A DNA stretch of 64,000 nt from Ophelia neglecta (GCA_965285935.1 OZ260662.1:14942001-15006000), one strand, 5' to 3'. Shown: positions 32,385 through 47,562, counted from the first letter of the stretch. The notes: a model not told the origin generated them from the letters alone. A program made the numbers and translations.

Positions 32385-33734
32385 TATACGGTATACGTTT
32401 TGGAGAAAGTATATATTCTGAGCGTTAATATGTCATCCTTAGACGTCGTTGTTCCACCAAATCAAAATGAAGTTCCGTTGATAAACATATGGTTGTAATT
32501 TACGCTGTCCTGTTTTCCACTACAATGCAGCACATCATTCAACTTCTTGTCTCTTCTTGGGGTTCTTGTCGCTTTCACTATACACCTATTGTTATGTGCT
32601 TGCTTATAACTCCGAAACGTGGTTTCACTGGGCGAGTGCAGAATGGTTTGAAAATAGAAAAAAAACAGTGCATGGAAAGCACCATCAACCTGCCTCAAGC
32701 GATTACATTAATTCAATGCCTTACTTCAGTAGTTGTTTTTTTTCCGCTATGCCATTTTCCCCATTAGTGAGCAATATATTTCAAAGAACATGCGGTCTTG
32801 TTCAGCCTAAGGGGGGAGAGGGGTGAGGGTCGTTCTGTAGAAAGTCTCTTAAAATCTCCAACTCATCAATCACCAGCACAATTTGTATTATCAGTGGTGA
32901 TTCCTGTCAGAATACTTATTTATGCCTTAGATTATCCATTATGCGATGGTAGAAGATTCGTCTGTTTATCGCATTTAACCATTGCATAAACACCGGAGTG
33001 GATAGCAGGCAGAAAAAGAAAATCATCACTCAAAACAAGTTCATGTAATGGGTTCAAAATCTTTAGGAACCAGCTGCTCCACAAACGATAATCCCCTGCT
33101 ACTCACTAGTAAACAAATTTGTCCAACCTGTACTGATATAAAAGATAGAGATAAAATTGATATCACTTGCAGTAAGAACTAGTAAACGTTTACCCATCCT
33201 AAAAGTCAGAGCACAAAATAGACCAGTTGGTGGGCAACGTTGGACCAATGTAAAACCTTCCATGAAAGGTCTAGAATGGACGAAGCATTCAAACATATGA
33301 AGGTACATATGCAGTTGACTCTATTAACACATGACCGACTAAGGATGTAAAAGTTCATTGCTGTCTAAAGAGGAAACTTGTTTTACACATTCACATCCAT
33401 ACTGATAAAACATCGTTTGTTTCAGAGGCGCTCCTTTAGTCAGAATACAAAGGTGATTGCTTCATTTTATCTAGTAAATATTTTACTGTACTAACAAGAG
33501 ACTTTATGCCCATTTCCTCATTAATATACAAGGACCTTTCCTTCTGGTTCTTGTATTGTATTTATTGTTATAATTACACCCTTGATCACTCTCCCAGAGC
33601 ATATTTCATGCATATCTTATGTTGTCCACTGATACATTTGTGTTGTCCTTTAATCGCTCCTTGTGAAACTTTGGACTACTTCTCATTGAAGTATTAATAT
33701 TGATTAAACCATTGATTTACCATTAGTTAAGTGT

Positions 33735-33810
33735 AGCGTGGTTTGAACTCTCCAGCCAAGACCTCTACCAAGTTTGCCAAAGGGGTTACCCCTCTAGCCA
33801 AGCTAGTAGG
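33735..33810 (-). mobile_element. Degenerate tRNA-derived SINE head
   Basis: A-box-like TGGCTAGAGGG (33800-33790) and B-box GAGTTCAAACC (33750-33740) on the - strand; no cloverleaf. Confidence 0.35.
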
Positions 33811-36800
33811 AGTGTGCTGTATCATGGTTGAATGACCATGATCTGCTCATATATCCCTGTTACACGTATTTACTGGGGGGGGGGGGGGGTAAGGCTGGGA
33901 ATTGATGTTTGTGGGCCGGTAGCTGACGTCCCCTGCTGATATTGGACCGATTTAGTTCACAATTTTTATTACTGATTTTGCATTCCCTGCCTGGTATTCA
34001 TTCCAGTGTGTTCGAGAGTAGAATAGGATGAAAGTAAAAGCTATAAACACAGCTGAGGCGCGACTGGTAAAGATTGTATGATAATGGATTTCTTCATGTA
34101 ATATTTATTTATGATCTATATACTTCTCTGTCTTATGGTGTGTTCGTGGTTGAAGTTTAAGTCACCAGAACAGTAATGGGAGTTTTGATTAGTTTTGATA
34201 TAATACATCATACTGAAAATCACCTCTCGGCAAGCCAGTGCCCATATTTGTGGCATGAAGAATCGTCCACAGAAATTTACTGTTCGAAACCAAAAATCTT
34301 ACCTATTCTCACTGATTATTTCACTAAAATATTCAGTGAATTAAACAATCTGTGGGTAAAAACTGGTTTTGAAGAATCCCCCGAGATGTACTTGTAGCGG
34401 TTTTGTAATCTATCACGCATTAATTGTAAATTGATATTCTTAGTGCTAGCTACCTCACTGGTCGAAATAATTCAAATGGGCTTGAATAATCACCATACAG
34501 GATACAAAGGGGTATTGATTCAGACAAATAACGCTGAGCAATGATTACGCAAAGCAAATGCTAATCCCCAATTAACCCACTGTCCTTCAACTGTCTGGCT
34601 AAGTTGTGTTCTTGACTAAGATTGATGGGGAATGGTTCACAACCAAACCCAGAAGAGATAAACGTTGGGCCGGCACAATTTTAACAAGTAAACAGCTCCA
34701 ATTCGTCAACTTCCAAAACACATTGCCGCCTGGATGAAAAACACCATCGGGCTAGTCGCAAAATTAAGGAAGATCCCTTCATTGATTAGGGAAACTAGGA
34801 CATGCTTAAACGGATAGTATAAATAGTGGGAAAGTATCTCAGTATTTTTTAGTGTTGGAAAGCCAAAAAAACCGTACGAAGTGAACCAGTTTAACACCAA
34901 CATGTTACATATTGATACATTAACACTGGTCCGTTAACGTATCCCCTTCAAAGACTTCACACCAAAATATATTACACCGACCGTAGGTAACATATGTTAT
35001 TTCTCCTTTCTTATTAGTAAGACGCAAAGCATATAACCATTGGTTACTGCAAGATTTAACACAGGTTATTTTACTGAGCCCTTATGTGAGTGTGCTTCTT
35101 GGATACACTTACGGGCATATATCCACAAGCTGTCATTTCGGCAAAGTGTTGGATCATGTATAATTATGCATTTACACCGCCAGCACTTATTGAGCGGTTT
35201 TTTAACATTAACAATCAGACAGGGCTTTTAAATTACCAGTAAAACATTTGTGTCATGCATTATGTCTTGTGCAAGGCGGTCTCAAAATCTTTATCACAAC
35301 TAGCAAATGGCCCAACGAATGTGGGAGGCGAGTATTTAAGGCAATCTATTGGGTATCATGCACTGAACACTGAAACTTACTTCATATGAATGGCACATAT
35401 GTCGTTGTAACTGGAACGTACTACTCCCAATCCGGACTTACGATCACTGTAAATCATGCTGCAACCCTTTTTACGTCCTTAATTTTCATACGAAGTGGAC
35501 ATTGGGGTTTCTCATTACCTCGTTTAATATGCAGCTTCCACATTTTATGGCAACGCCCTGCTATATGATTCAGCGTGGACAACATACTCGGTGGGAATAT
35601 GGGTGATGCAAGCATGACATGAACTTTAATTCGTGGAAAACTTGTTCTGCTATCTGAATGAATATTGTTTTTGCATCCTAGATGCATCCTATATACATCC
35701 TATACACTATGCTAGGTAAAATGGTAAAAGCACGGGGCATAGGATAATAATACTTGGAAGACGGGCACCTCGGCCCCTTGAAGAAGGTCTGATATATATC
35801 TGGCTATATTCAGCATAGCTATGCAAACTAAACCCACTGGTCAATCTATGACAGTTTGTGTTTCGTATATATATCGTTTCAATCTAAGAAAGAAAAAAAA
35901 TCAAGAATATAGCTTAACTTTTCTTACAGAACATGTTCGTCTGGCAAGACAGAACAAACGGTAAAATAGCAATCAATGTTTATAGTTCGAAACAATAGAA
36001 CCGATCAATAACGAAAACTACATGCGCACTGATATGTAGAAATAAATCGATAACTTAAATCGTTAACTTAATTTTTTGCGGAATAGGAGAGCGTGTGTCC
36101 AATTATACCCTCCACCTAAATAGGGTATATATTGCGCCCCTACACAAATACCAATATGGCCTACTCCGATAGACAAAGCAACAAGCGGTTAACTAAATGA
36201 AGACTATACTAATTTCTTTGGGTGTATCAGGTACATTGCAAACTACTGTTTCGAGTTCGAAAGCCTGCTGGCCATTTCTAATCACCCACACCCTCCATGC
36301 GTTCAGCAGTATCTAACATAAAACCGGGCCAGACGGCTGCTTCTATGAGACAGCCTTTAAAGTCAACAGAACCGAATCGGCAGGATGACCGGTTATCGCG
36401 CCCGGATACCCACCCTCATTCCACCCGTTTGCTTTATTAACTCTTGGGTTATTTCATTTTAAAAACTTTCCATTCCAAACTTGCTTCATGATACTATCGA
36501 TTTTCTATTTGTGTGGTGGTAAAACAATGTTGATTTGAATATAATGTATGAGTTTTCCAGCTTATGCTCACTGACTGTTATTATCTTCAACCATGTAATA
36601 GATTTGTCATCAAAGTAGGTGGTTCTCCATCTTTATGCAGAAACGTATTAGGAGACACAATTATTTATATATTAGTTGTGCTTTTCACATGACCACTCAC
36701 TGTGTTTATACAGTACAACTTACACTGAACGTGTTCTTTCCAATCAACTAAATACACATTTTGTTCTGTCGCCAAATTATCGTAACAGACGCACCAAGCA

Positions 36801-36819
36801 CACATTTATTATACCTGCC

Positions 36820-36975
36820 ATAAATCCACCTCTTTATTCAGACCACCTGTCAATACAGACCATTTATATGAAGACCATACTGTGCTGTGTACTTTCAATG
36901 AAAAATAAACTGGGAAAAAGACCACCTCGGCAAACAGATTCAGCATTGGGTGGTCTCAATTCCAATGTTTAACTG
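36820..36975. mobile_element. Degenerate MITE of the Tc1/pogo type
   Basis: GACCACCT repeats with an inverted GGTGGTCT and a right end ...GTTTAACTG|TA; left TIR eroded. Confidence 0.4.
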
Positions 36976-38819
36976 TATATGATACTCGCCAAAATTATAT
37001 ATTAAAATAGATAAACATTTACAAAAAATTAAGTACTATTTTTGCTAAAAGGCTATTGTTGCAGTTTCTGATAGTTTTTCTGGGGTATCCTGATTACTAT
37101 CACCGAGCATGCCGTTTGAAATATCAATACTAACCCAAGTTGATATAAAAATGGTTTTCGTCTAAAAAAGAATATCCTCAATGCCCCCTGTTTGGACATT
37201 ATCATAAAACCAATTCACTTTTTGCATCCCTTGATCATAAAATAATGACTGTAACAGGCGAATAATGTTGCTGGTAATGAGGGTTACTCTCTTTGAACGT
37301 GCCGCCAATCATTATTAAATCATGAGACTGTGCCCAAAGCTCATTTAAGACACATAAAAAGAACATAAGGGGAGACTTTAGTTTGATCACAATGCAATGA
37401 GCATATTCTATCATCATTAAAGACATAATTGGATTCTTACGAAGCATAAAATACATCTAACAACACAATCACAAAACCATAATTGTGTGTTTAATACACA
37501 TCCCAAACCTCAATATGCCGATAAGGGGAGATTTATCTTAGCTTAGTATGCGCAGTCTGGGTCGTTCAGCGAGGGTCTAACAGTCTTAGATTAATCATTA
37601 TGTATTGATTATGCCCGGTTATGTGCAGCAGCAGAGGGTGCTTGACAACACTATCAAAGCTATCATTATTGTTAAGTCATCAACAGCATCATTGATATAC
37701 TTATTACTGCAATATTTTTTATGTATTAGTTATATAATGAATACAGACAAAAGTATCTTTTCCTCTTTTTACTGCACGTGTATGAAAAACTGCGCCATTA
37801 CTTTCAACCCTAATAAGGGTGATAGGATGTTGTTTAGAGCACAATGTATTATTATGCCGCGACCGCTAGTGCGGGAATACCACACACTTAAGTTCGAACG
37901 AATTGGTTCACAACTGAAGCATATTGATCGAAATTATTATTCATGTGGTAACACGGCCATTTTCATTAAAGGAAGAGGCCACTGATTTTTATGACCTTAC
38001 AGGTTAAAGTTAAAAATGTTTTCGGACTGAATTAATGTTATATTCTTGGTTAATAAAGTAACGTAATCCGACGGCTACCAATCCCGTCTGTTGGCTATGG
38101 TTGTCGTATTCGTTTATAAATATAATACATTCCATTGCCTGAGAGGTATCTTTGTGTTTGTCATTAATTTATCATTTCAACAAATGAGTCTAATTTATAA
38201 ACCATTGTACTATTATCTCATGTACCCGTTAATACAGAGTGGCTGTTAATTGTGTAGGTTTTTCTACTTTAGTAACATGATAATATTTATTATACACACA
38301 AACAAAATGAACTACTGATGTAGTAAGAACTTATCCTTGAAGAATATTTCGACCAATGACTTTAATAACCAAATTATGGTTTAAGAATAGCTGCAAAATA
38401 GCTTACTACAACACATGTAAACACTAATAACCAATGTAAACTGTAAAGCCTATCATATGATACCAGTGATAAATATAATTACGACATAGTTGAACTTGTA
38501 GCAAAAAGAAAGAGAAGACTGATCCCTATTTCATCAGATTTAAAGGTATTGATGTTTTATATGCAATGTTGGAAACACAAAGCTATTTACTGAACCCTCA
38601 AACCGCAACCTAACTAACAAATGTTATGTATTAATTATTCTACTTTAGAATGCATGATGGATTATTTCTTTATCCTAACGAAAGTATACATCTAAAGACA
38701 AGACAAACCGCCAAAACGTTGAGAAATTTCACAGAAATTTAGAACTGCATATTACCATTCAAAAGAATATTTGCGGCAAGACTATATAAATCATGACATT
38801 GCTAACACGCGACAACAAA

Positions 38820-40330
38820 AGATGGCATCCCCGCAGCTTACAATACTTCACAAGAAACACTGCCCCCCACCGCCGCAGGGTAGAATACGTGACAAGACAA
38901 AACAGGACAAAACAGGACTAAATACTGAAGTGCATCTATAAAAAACGCATATGCAAGTGGCTGTTATTTCTTTCTAAACTCGGCCTGCCTATATTTACAA
39001 TAAGTATATTACGAGACGTTGTTCAAGGACGTGATAGAATTTTAGGTCAATAAAAAAAGTTTGCTGCTGGAATTTTTCCACCATTGTGGATTGGTGGATA
39101 ATAATCTTACCTCTGATCTCAGTGAATGTAGAGTCAATCATCCATCAGTATAATAAAGGCATTTTTGTAGTATATGCAATGCGGCATAAGACTTGCATTC
39201 GACACTATATTACACGTTATTTTTTAATACTAGATTGTTTCAAGCTCGGCAGAAAATCATTTTGAACCGTCTCATCAAAACTGGGATGCGCTGACCTACA
39301 TTTTATTCAGTAGATGTTCAAGAATTCATCATCAGTCAGCCCCCGAGGGCCATCGGTTACAAAAGACATTTGTCCAAGGATGGATTAGCGTCACAATTGT
39401 GAATAACTCATGTAACATTTTGAGTTAGTAATAAGCCATCGTGTACTCGATAGTCGGGTTATCAATAAGTAGCACATAATTTGTCAGATATTGAACCATA
39501 ATTCAATTGGGAAAAAATGATAAGCAGGTTGCCAATCTCGGGGAACTGTTTTCAGGGACACGGCGTTTCATATTAAACTATATAAACATACTTTAGATTT
39601 AAAAGCTTCATAAATTACAACCATCAGTGCCAGTGGCATTCTAATAAAAAATAAAAAAAATATATTTTGATTTATACTGGAGCTTTTGGTTAATATTGGA
39701 GCTCTGTTCTAGTGCAAGGTTTGGAAAAAAGTCGTGTCTAATTTCTGTTAAATTGCATATTCCTGAAAGTACATAGTTTACAATAATGATGCATGTGCCT
39801 TGGTAGAATTGTTATATCCGTGTTTGCGAGATTTAGTGATCTTATTATTTCAAGTAAATGTATTGACCAATGACATGAATAACGAGATTGGGTATCCTGA
39901 CCTACTCAATCAAACGTTCTATAATTTACACATTCAGTCCTATGGGTCTATACACCTGCAACTAAGTTTAGAAGGCGCAGTCTCCGCGGAATTGATAGTG
40001 ATAAATCCCAAACTAACGAGTATTGCAGTTGGGGTTCATGATGTATTCAATCTAATGGTCGAACCTTTATCAATGTTGACCTCTGGGGCTATATATTTCC
40101 ATCCATGTCAATTTCAACGCAGTCATTCTCTGTTGCAATGCGGGACGATCATTTTCGGCAGAAAGCCCATTGTGTGAGGCATTTGAATCTAGGCCTTTTG
40201 GTCTCCGCGTCGTAATACTACTAGGAAGGGAGCTGATTCAAGAAGATAATCACACCAGTTCCATTTACCTAAATGTTTTCTAAGAGTTTCAATAGGAAAA
40301 TTAGATAGATGCAAGTACCATTTAAGCATA
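38820..40330 (-). mobile_element. Ancient decayed DIRS/Ngaro-type (tyrosine-recombinase) retrotransposon remnant
   Basis: Collinear minus-strand remnants: FPIETLR, QK./LRF, FKCL/NGLSA, LVSLGFITIN (RT); KVCLYS..NAVS (RH); PTIE..NSKC, DA../IHPWTNVFCN (methyltransferase-like); LRRWGA (cf. YR HSLRRGGA). All read across frameshifts. Confidence 0.45.
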
Positions 40331-43300
40331 GTTAGAAAGACTACGCCTGTGGCATTCTTATTAATTTACCTAATCCTGTTATAGTCGAAACACCTATTAT
40401 AGTTCGCAGGGCCACAGAGCTTAGCGTATACGGAAATCATCGGGAGACAAACGCTCTACTGCCACTGCAATGACTGAATCTTACTTCGAGTACGATAATA
40501 AACTCAGGCATTCGGCAATCGTACTGCTAATGCCACATGATGACTTGTCAGCTGAACAGACCGCAATGTGAAGTTTTCCACTGGAACAGTTGACCGATCT
40601 TCAAGTGCACTTTCAAGGATCATTGATCCGTTAGCGTTGCATTTCTCTTAGACAAATGCGCGTATAATCTGTCGCTGCCCAGTAGTTGTAAAGCCAGTCG
40701 AGTGCTCAAGGCCGCAGGCAGTCTGGCTGGGTGCTTAGCACATCTTGTTAGAACAAGTGCTTAGCAACTAGAGTTCTGCACCCAAATCCAAAGAGCAGGA
40801 GTATACGTTACAGTGATAGTATGGACATTTCGGTATCGTATTTATGGGGAATGGGATATTTAAAGTGACTTACTTTGGAAAAGCACAGCATATTCCTTGG
40901 AAAGAGTAAAGTGTTGAGTACTGAAGTATCATATTCTCCGAAGTTCACCCACCAGAATGCAAACGGACCATGTAGAGAAAAACTCTCACATCGTATAACT
41001 TTCCATTCTTCAGCTCTGCCACTTCCTTTCATGAAAGAAATGCGTTTTATTTGACGGATAGCATGAAGCAATAAGAATCGTCGTTCCCAGCAGCAGTAAC
41101 AGGTAGAGTAATATTTGTTATGTATATGAGAATAGTTCAGCAGATCTGTTCATATGCAATGCAGAGCACAAGTGTGTGTGACGCTCTGGTGGTCTGTCTC
41201 TGCTATATTGCTGCTTTAATACGTACATGCGAAATATAACGCTGATGCGTAAAACGGATTTTAAGCATTGGACAGAGAACAGTAAAAAAAGAGAAAAAAT
41301 CATACAAAAGCTGTATGAAGTCCCATCATAGTTACTAGAAGTTCACGTTTCTCGTAAACCACGCAAAATGCAGTATTTTGGGCCATTCCTCCATGTGTCT
41401 CCTCTACGAAAAAGCAAGTATCTATTCAGAACCGCGCTCACTTGAAGCCCATTGCCAGACCAGTAATAAATGGCCAGGGCAGAATGGTATTGCCGCTTCA
41501 TTGCTCAAGTGTATATAAACGCTACCCAACATCAATGTGATAATCTACAATAGTTTCTAATTATAAATGGCTGGCTGACGTCTCCAGGTCGGTATAATCT
41601 TAGTGACAGGCGATAATATTCTAGGTTTTATTTACAATTGAAAAACATCAACAAGCATCCAATTTTAAGGTTTGGAAATGGGTGCACGTTGATGTGCAAC
41701 ACGAATGCAATTGCATTCCCGAGCGAGCGGATGATTACAAATCGATATTGCATTGTTTTCTCACAAACAGCCTTTTTGGCCTATTACATAAATAATAGTT
41801 AAAATTCATTTATGTGTCCATGAATGAAGATAGGGGAATGGATGCCTGGGAGACAAAAACCTAAACCCCATAATCAAACTATTATATAATTCCAACTACA
41901 AGATCGACACCTGTTTACTCTGACGTCTTTGAATTCTGTTTTCCCGAAGTTAGAGAAGTACTGAGAACTAGACTTGCTAAAGCTAATTTCATCCTAGCGA
42001 TGAAAACATATAGCTTGACGTTATGATTTCTAAGTCAGATAGTAACGATGGACTTGGGTAAATTGGCAATACATTATTGAAAGAAAGAACTTTTTGTCTT
42101 ACGTTAAAAGTGGTTTTCGGAATAATTTTGCTGTTTTTTTGTCGAAACTACCTCAACTTGTTTTCCCTTGATTCAATTTTTTAAATTGTATAGGTAAACG
42201 ACAGTGATGAATTTCTGTAATGTTCTTAGTATGAAAGGAGTTTAACAATCAAACATACTTAAATATTTTATCGTAACCACTGCATTGTCTCGTCGTGGAG
42301 ATGTGAATAACCCTGCGCGGGCGTCCCTGAATAGCAAAGTTATCTACACACACTGAGCTCATTTATAGATATTGTATGGCCACTGTAGGGACCCTAATCG
42401 GGGTAGTCGTGATCAGTCTAACTTTGAATTATCCAAGGAATGAGATGATTGTGATCCAGAGCTATGACGATCAGCTGGTGTATCAGACTTGGTGCGAGAT
42501 TGAAAGTTTCCGGATTCAAAGTGATAGTACAGAACGACATAGTGCACGAAAAACACCCCATAATAAACTAGGATTTTGCATAGTAGAATTTCCAGACAGG
42601 CGGACTTAAAATGTTTCAAAGCCGGAGGACTCCTAGGTTTTGCAAACTTTAGTTAAAACAGTCAGGGGTGACCTTTTTACCAGAGGACTCAATTATTATC
42701 ACAAAAGTAAAAGGCACGAATCCGCCAATGAATCTTTCCTTTTTGTCTCATTCTACGTGATAATGTGTAATTTAAAGGTAAGCCCAAGGTACTTTCAGCC
42801 AGTCATCAATCACTTGTAGCCAGACAGCTTGGCCTGTTCGACAGATTATCGGATTGTAAAAAAGTTAAGTTGTTCTAAATTGAGGCAGCGCTGGCTGCAA
42901 AGAAGGCACTAATGTTCTTTGTTTTCATAAGGCGCTGTCTCGTGTTCGCGGTTCAATTTATATAGATGTGTCTCTTCATTGCATGCAGCACATATTAAGG
43001 TCATTCCCTAATTGAAGAGATGTGCAATTGATTGCTGAGTGACAAGAGCATAAGCCGAATATTGCACCACGCAAATAGAATGTTGACAGATACTGGTGTA
43101 TTCTACCCGGATTAACGGATTGTTCTTGAATTGCGATTTGCATTTTTGCCGGCTATTCACATCGTTTTAACACTCTTAGGCTTTTCCTCTTTCCCCTGGT
43201 TTTTTGTTTCTACCATTGTTTACTTATTCGACCTATGCATACGTCCTTTCTCTTGCACATATCTGCTGTAAAAATACGCCATGAGAAATGTTGCTTTAAA

Positions 43301-44276
43301 TCAATACATAATTGTGATTTTTCAGTCGTTGTTTACTATGTTTTGAGTTTCCTAAAACTAAGAAAACATAGTCTGCAAATTAAATCAGAAATGGTAAATC
43401 ATTTCAATTCCGTTTCAAAAATGTATAGCACGCTTGGGGTTACTAGTATAGTTCAGAATGAAAAATTTATATCGTAGAATTAAAAAAACATGTTTCGGCT
43501 AGAAGTATGATTATTGCATCCGTATTATATCATTCGGAAAGTGGCAGGAATTTATTTACCTTTTGGTTTTCATCATTTGACTCACTCTCATCAAAGCCGA
43601 TTTCCATTTGCCTCAAAGGTAAAAATATGCAAGGTGAACCTGTCTTGTATTCGGGATCGTGAGCTCCACTACCGTGGTCGGCACGATATAAAATTGTGGC
43701 TGGAGAACAAAGATCTCTTTCAATCACCCTGGCTAGCAGACTTACAGTTCTAAGGAATTGCATTATATCTATCATCATAATAAGCGTTCGAATGATAGTG
43801 ATAATATTTCGATTTGAGATTCATGCCTTTATTAGATCATCGATGATTTCGCTTCATTAAATGAGCACATGTAGATCTATATAAAACATCAATGGCAACC
43901 AGACGCTGTCAGTGTCGAAGGGCAAAACAGGGAATGGACCTATAACGGTTCACTATTTTCGAGTATATTTTCGAGTATATTGTTGGTGCCCAATGTGCAC
44001 ATCAGGGACCTTTCACACCTCTGTTTGGTCTTTGTTTAGTGGGACACTTTCATCTATAGTCTCTAAATATTATGGGAGTGATTACACAATCACAGCTATT
44101 CTTACGGTATATTTCTTCTTGTACGCTGACCAGTTTTTCATTTGTTTTGTTATCTGACTTGTGTCAGAGAAAACTACTGACTACTACTTAAGTTATATCC
44201 ATTTTTTGTTTTAGAATTGTTTAAAAAATTTAACGTTTTTATGTTCTATTTGGGAGCTGGGGATTGACATATAAAT

Positions 44277-44376
44277 CTGTGTGCTGCTGTGGCTGCTGGT
44301 TCCTTATGTTTTTGCACCGATTTAATGGATTATTCTTGACTTGGCTTTGTCTGCCGGGTATCCACTCCCGTTTCTG
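44277..44376 (+). repeat. Dispersed repeat family copy C
   Basis: Aligns by eye with the reverse complement of 13591-13697. Confidence 0.7.
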
Positions 44377-47300
44377 GTATGGCGCTGAGATTACTGATGA
44401 AGTTAACCATTCATACTGGTGTCATGCAATAGTGCTTTCTACTTAAGGGAGTACGCCCAGTTAGTTAGTCTGCTCGTTTGCTGTCAGGTTTCGGCTTCGA
44501 TCAAACGGGTTGCATTTGATTTCATTAATGGCCGATTGAATTTTGAAAACCTTGTGGTTTTGCAAGTGAGAACAAGAAAGGCCATTTATAAGGCAATGTC
44601 TTTGAATACTGTACGAGGTACATTTATTATCCTGTTCATATATCACCCTCCGTTTAAATACTAAATATTAATTATCAACAGATTTATTTATTCTTTCTGG
44701 ATTACTGACAAGAATATAACTTGTTGAGAGTAAGTATAAACTGGTGTAAAAAAGACCCCCGGACTACATTTCCTAACCATGGCCGAAACCCGGAATTCCC
44801 CTGATTTTGAAATACTGGTACTTTAAGGCCTCCGGTCTAGATAGTCTAGTATATTTGGTATCCGGTCTCGAAATCCTGGTTTATTAAAATACAGGTATGT
44901 TTCGTCTCCAGGGTCTTATTACCGTAGTGTTTTGAGTTCGGGGGACTTCACAGTCGGGGAGCCAAATAATCTCATACACCTGCATATAAAGCAAGGTTAA
45001 TATATGCATAGTACAGGAAGCGGAAACGTCACATTTTCCCATTGTTGTTTCCATTACAAAGATTTTGATCGACAAAAATTAGGTGGTGATACCAACCAAA
45101 CCATATAAAAAGTCCATTAATCAGGAATTATCTTTTAATTTGGTCTGAATTTATCAAGAACCGTAACAAAAGAATGAACAAATGCACTCAATTGTATCTG
45201 CTGACGTTAAGATAAAGGCTCCATTGGCCAGCGAGTAACTGCCTTAACGCACATTTTCGGGGTAATCGCTTTGAATTATAGGAAATGATTTAGTTGCAGA
45301 GCGAAGGTGCCCCCTTGGAACTGTTCTATCTATCAATCGGCGAATTGTTTCCTTTGAAACATGCACTGTTATAATAAAAAGTTAATGTCCGCATTGGAAA
45401 AGAATGAGTTTGATTGATATTTACTAACCACACCCATCTATACTATTGTACATGTGTGAGAAAAATCGGGTCTGGTTTATGTGGATTTAGCACTCTTCTC
45501 TCAATAGTTATAGCATTTTTTAATCATGTTATATTCCAAAACATTGTAAGTTTTTGGCTAATGCCGTGAATATATATATATTTAAAAACAGATGATTTTT
45601 ATCAATATCAATGTAGTCTTGTCTTTATGTCAATTGCCAATTGCATTGATTCCATGGCCATCCATCAATCAAATTAACACAGAAACGTTAGACCTACCAC
45701 ATGATTGTCATTGAATAAGTTGCAATAAGATAAAGTTACATTTATTGCTTTGTATACTCGTGCTCACAATTATTTAGAATTGAGGGGGTGAAAAATTGTT
45801 TTGTCCTTGACTTATTGTCAAAGATAATTCTGATAAAATGATGGATGGTGATTTATGAAAACGCTACAAGCTGCCACGCTCGAATGTTAACATCGAAATT
45901 GGAGAAAAAGGCTTTTAATTGGTCGAACTTAGGAAAACAGCATTAATGTTACAGTGCAACAAATAATGAACCTTTTGATAGCACTATATACCAACAACAA
46001 TAGAGAATCTCATACGTAAAAGATTTATGTCCTCGTGGTCCTTATATACAAGTGACTAGTTTAATTATTTGTTTATGCCTTTTTTAAAATCGAAAAATAA
46101 TTATTTCTTATTTGTAAAGTATCTGCTGGTTAAGTGCATTGTTGTTATGCAACATGACAGTGGCATTAACGATGCTCAGAAATGACATCTGTGCTCTTGT
46201 GTTCATGGTTAGGTACTAAAAAAATATAGCATTTGATCATGAAGGCAGAATGGGTCGTAGAAATATCGATACATGTGGGTAACGCGGGTGCTTTATCTGC
46301 CTGGCATGTTGATAACAAAAAATAATCAGTTTGATAACAAGCATGTGCAACAGGGAATGGTCTACAATAGCTGGCTAGATTATATCAAGGGTGAGACCAC
46401 TACTTTCATGAGCACTAGACAAGTGACTATGACATATACAAAGATTCATAATTCGCAGTTAATATTGCAATTAACAGCTGTGTACAAATAAGCTATGGAC
46501 CAACTGTCCTTAGGTCTGTACATCATGAGAGCCAGCAGTATACAGATTTTTGGAACAGCTACCTGAAATGTACTAAATTCCGTACTATTCCGAATCGTTT
46601 AGACATTTAATCCACTGGTTATATTGGAGCACGCTGCTGAAAACGTTAGTTCATTATATGTTCCGCCTCATCCACATTCCTTTACATCGTCTTCGAATGA
46701 TTTGGGCTGTGTGGTCGATACATGTAAAACATCCTGCTAATTGGGTGGGTCCTGGTCACAGGCCAATGTTTTTGAATGCTTATTAGCCAATCACTACATC
46801 TTTATCCTTGTGGATGCGCCAAATACCTTCACTATATATATTGGGTTGGTCCAAATTGTGGATAACTGCCAAGTTGAATCAATTGTGTTACATGTAACGG
46901 TCTATTTATGACAGCTTATACGTAATGTTACAGCTATTATAAATCATAATGATAACATATGATTTGACAATTTGCTTGAACATGATCAGTGCAATGAGTA
47001 CTCAATTAGTGAGAGAACAATTGCCTTTGTTGCACTGCCGGTAAACGCGCACGCGCACTTGGAGGAAGTAAAAATTTAAAATGCCAATGCCAATGCATAA
47101 TGGGTTTAGGCAGTGTCTAGAATGCAAGAGCTTGGCGAATCACTTGGGCTAGGATAAGCTATGTGGCAACGATAGGTATTATGACTGGTCTAGACTAGGA
47201 AAGGGCTTTCTCATGTAAGAGGGGAATTAGAGGGGGACTTGAATTGCCAATTAGCTATATATTACACATTTTACCCTCACATTTAACCTGAAATGGCGAC

Positions 47301-47523
47301 CAATTTGTCCCTGTCAAACAGTCTGTAAACGAGCCAAGCAATCGATTGCTCGTTACGTCATGTCCCTGTAAACATATTATCAAACAGATCCGCGTCAGTA
47401 TGTATAGTACAAGCGAAACCTAATTATCCAAAGAGGATGAATGTTAGACCATTTTCTATCATAATACATTGGATTGGTTTCTTTAATTGTGAATGTTTTT
47501 AACCAAACCTAACACGGGCAGTC

Positions 47524-47525
<2 letters not shown>

Positions 47526-47559
<34 letters not shown>
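47526..47559. repeat. (AG)17 microsatellite
   Basis: Read directly. Confidence 0.97.

Positions 47560-47562
<3 letters not shown>

Noticed and set aside
44740-44900. Possible MITE with CCGG-rich internal repeats
   Set aside because: Could not define matching TIRs or a TSD.
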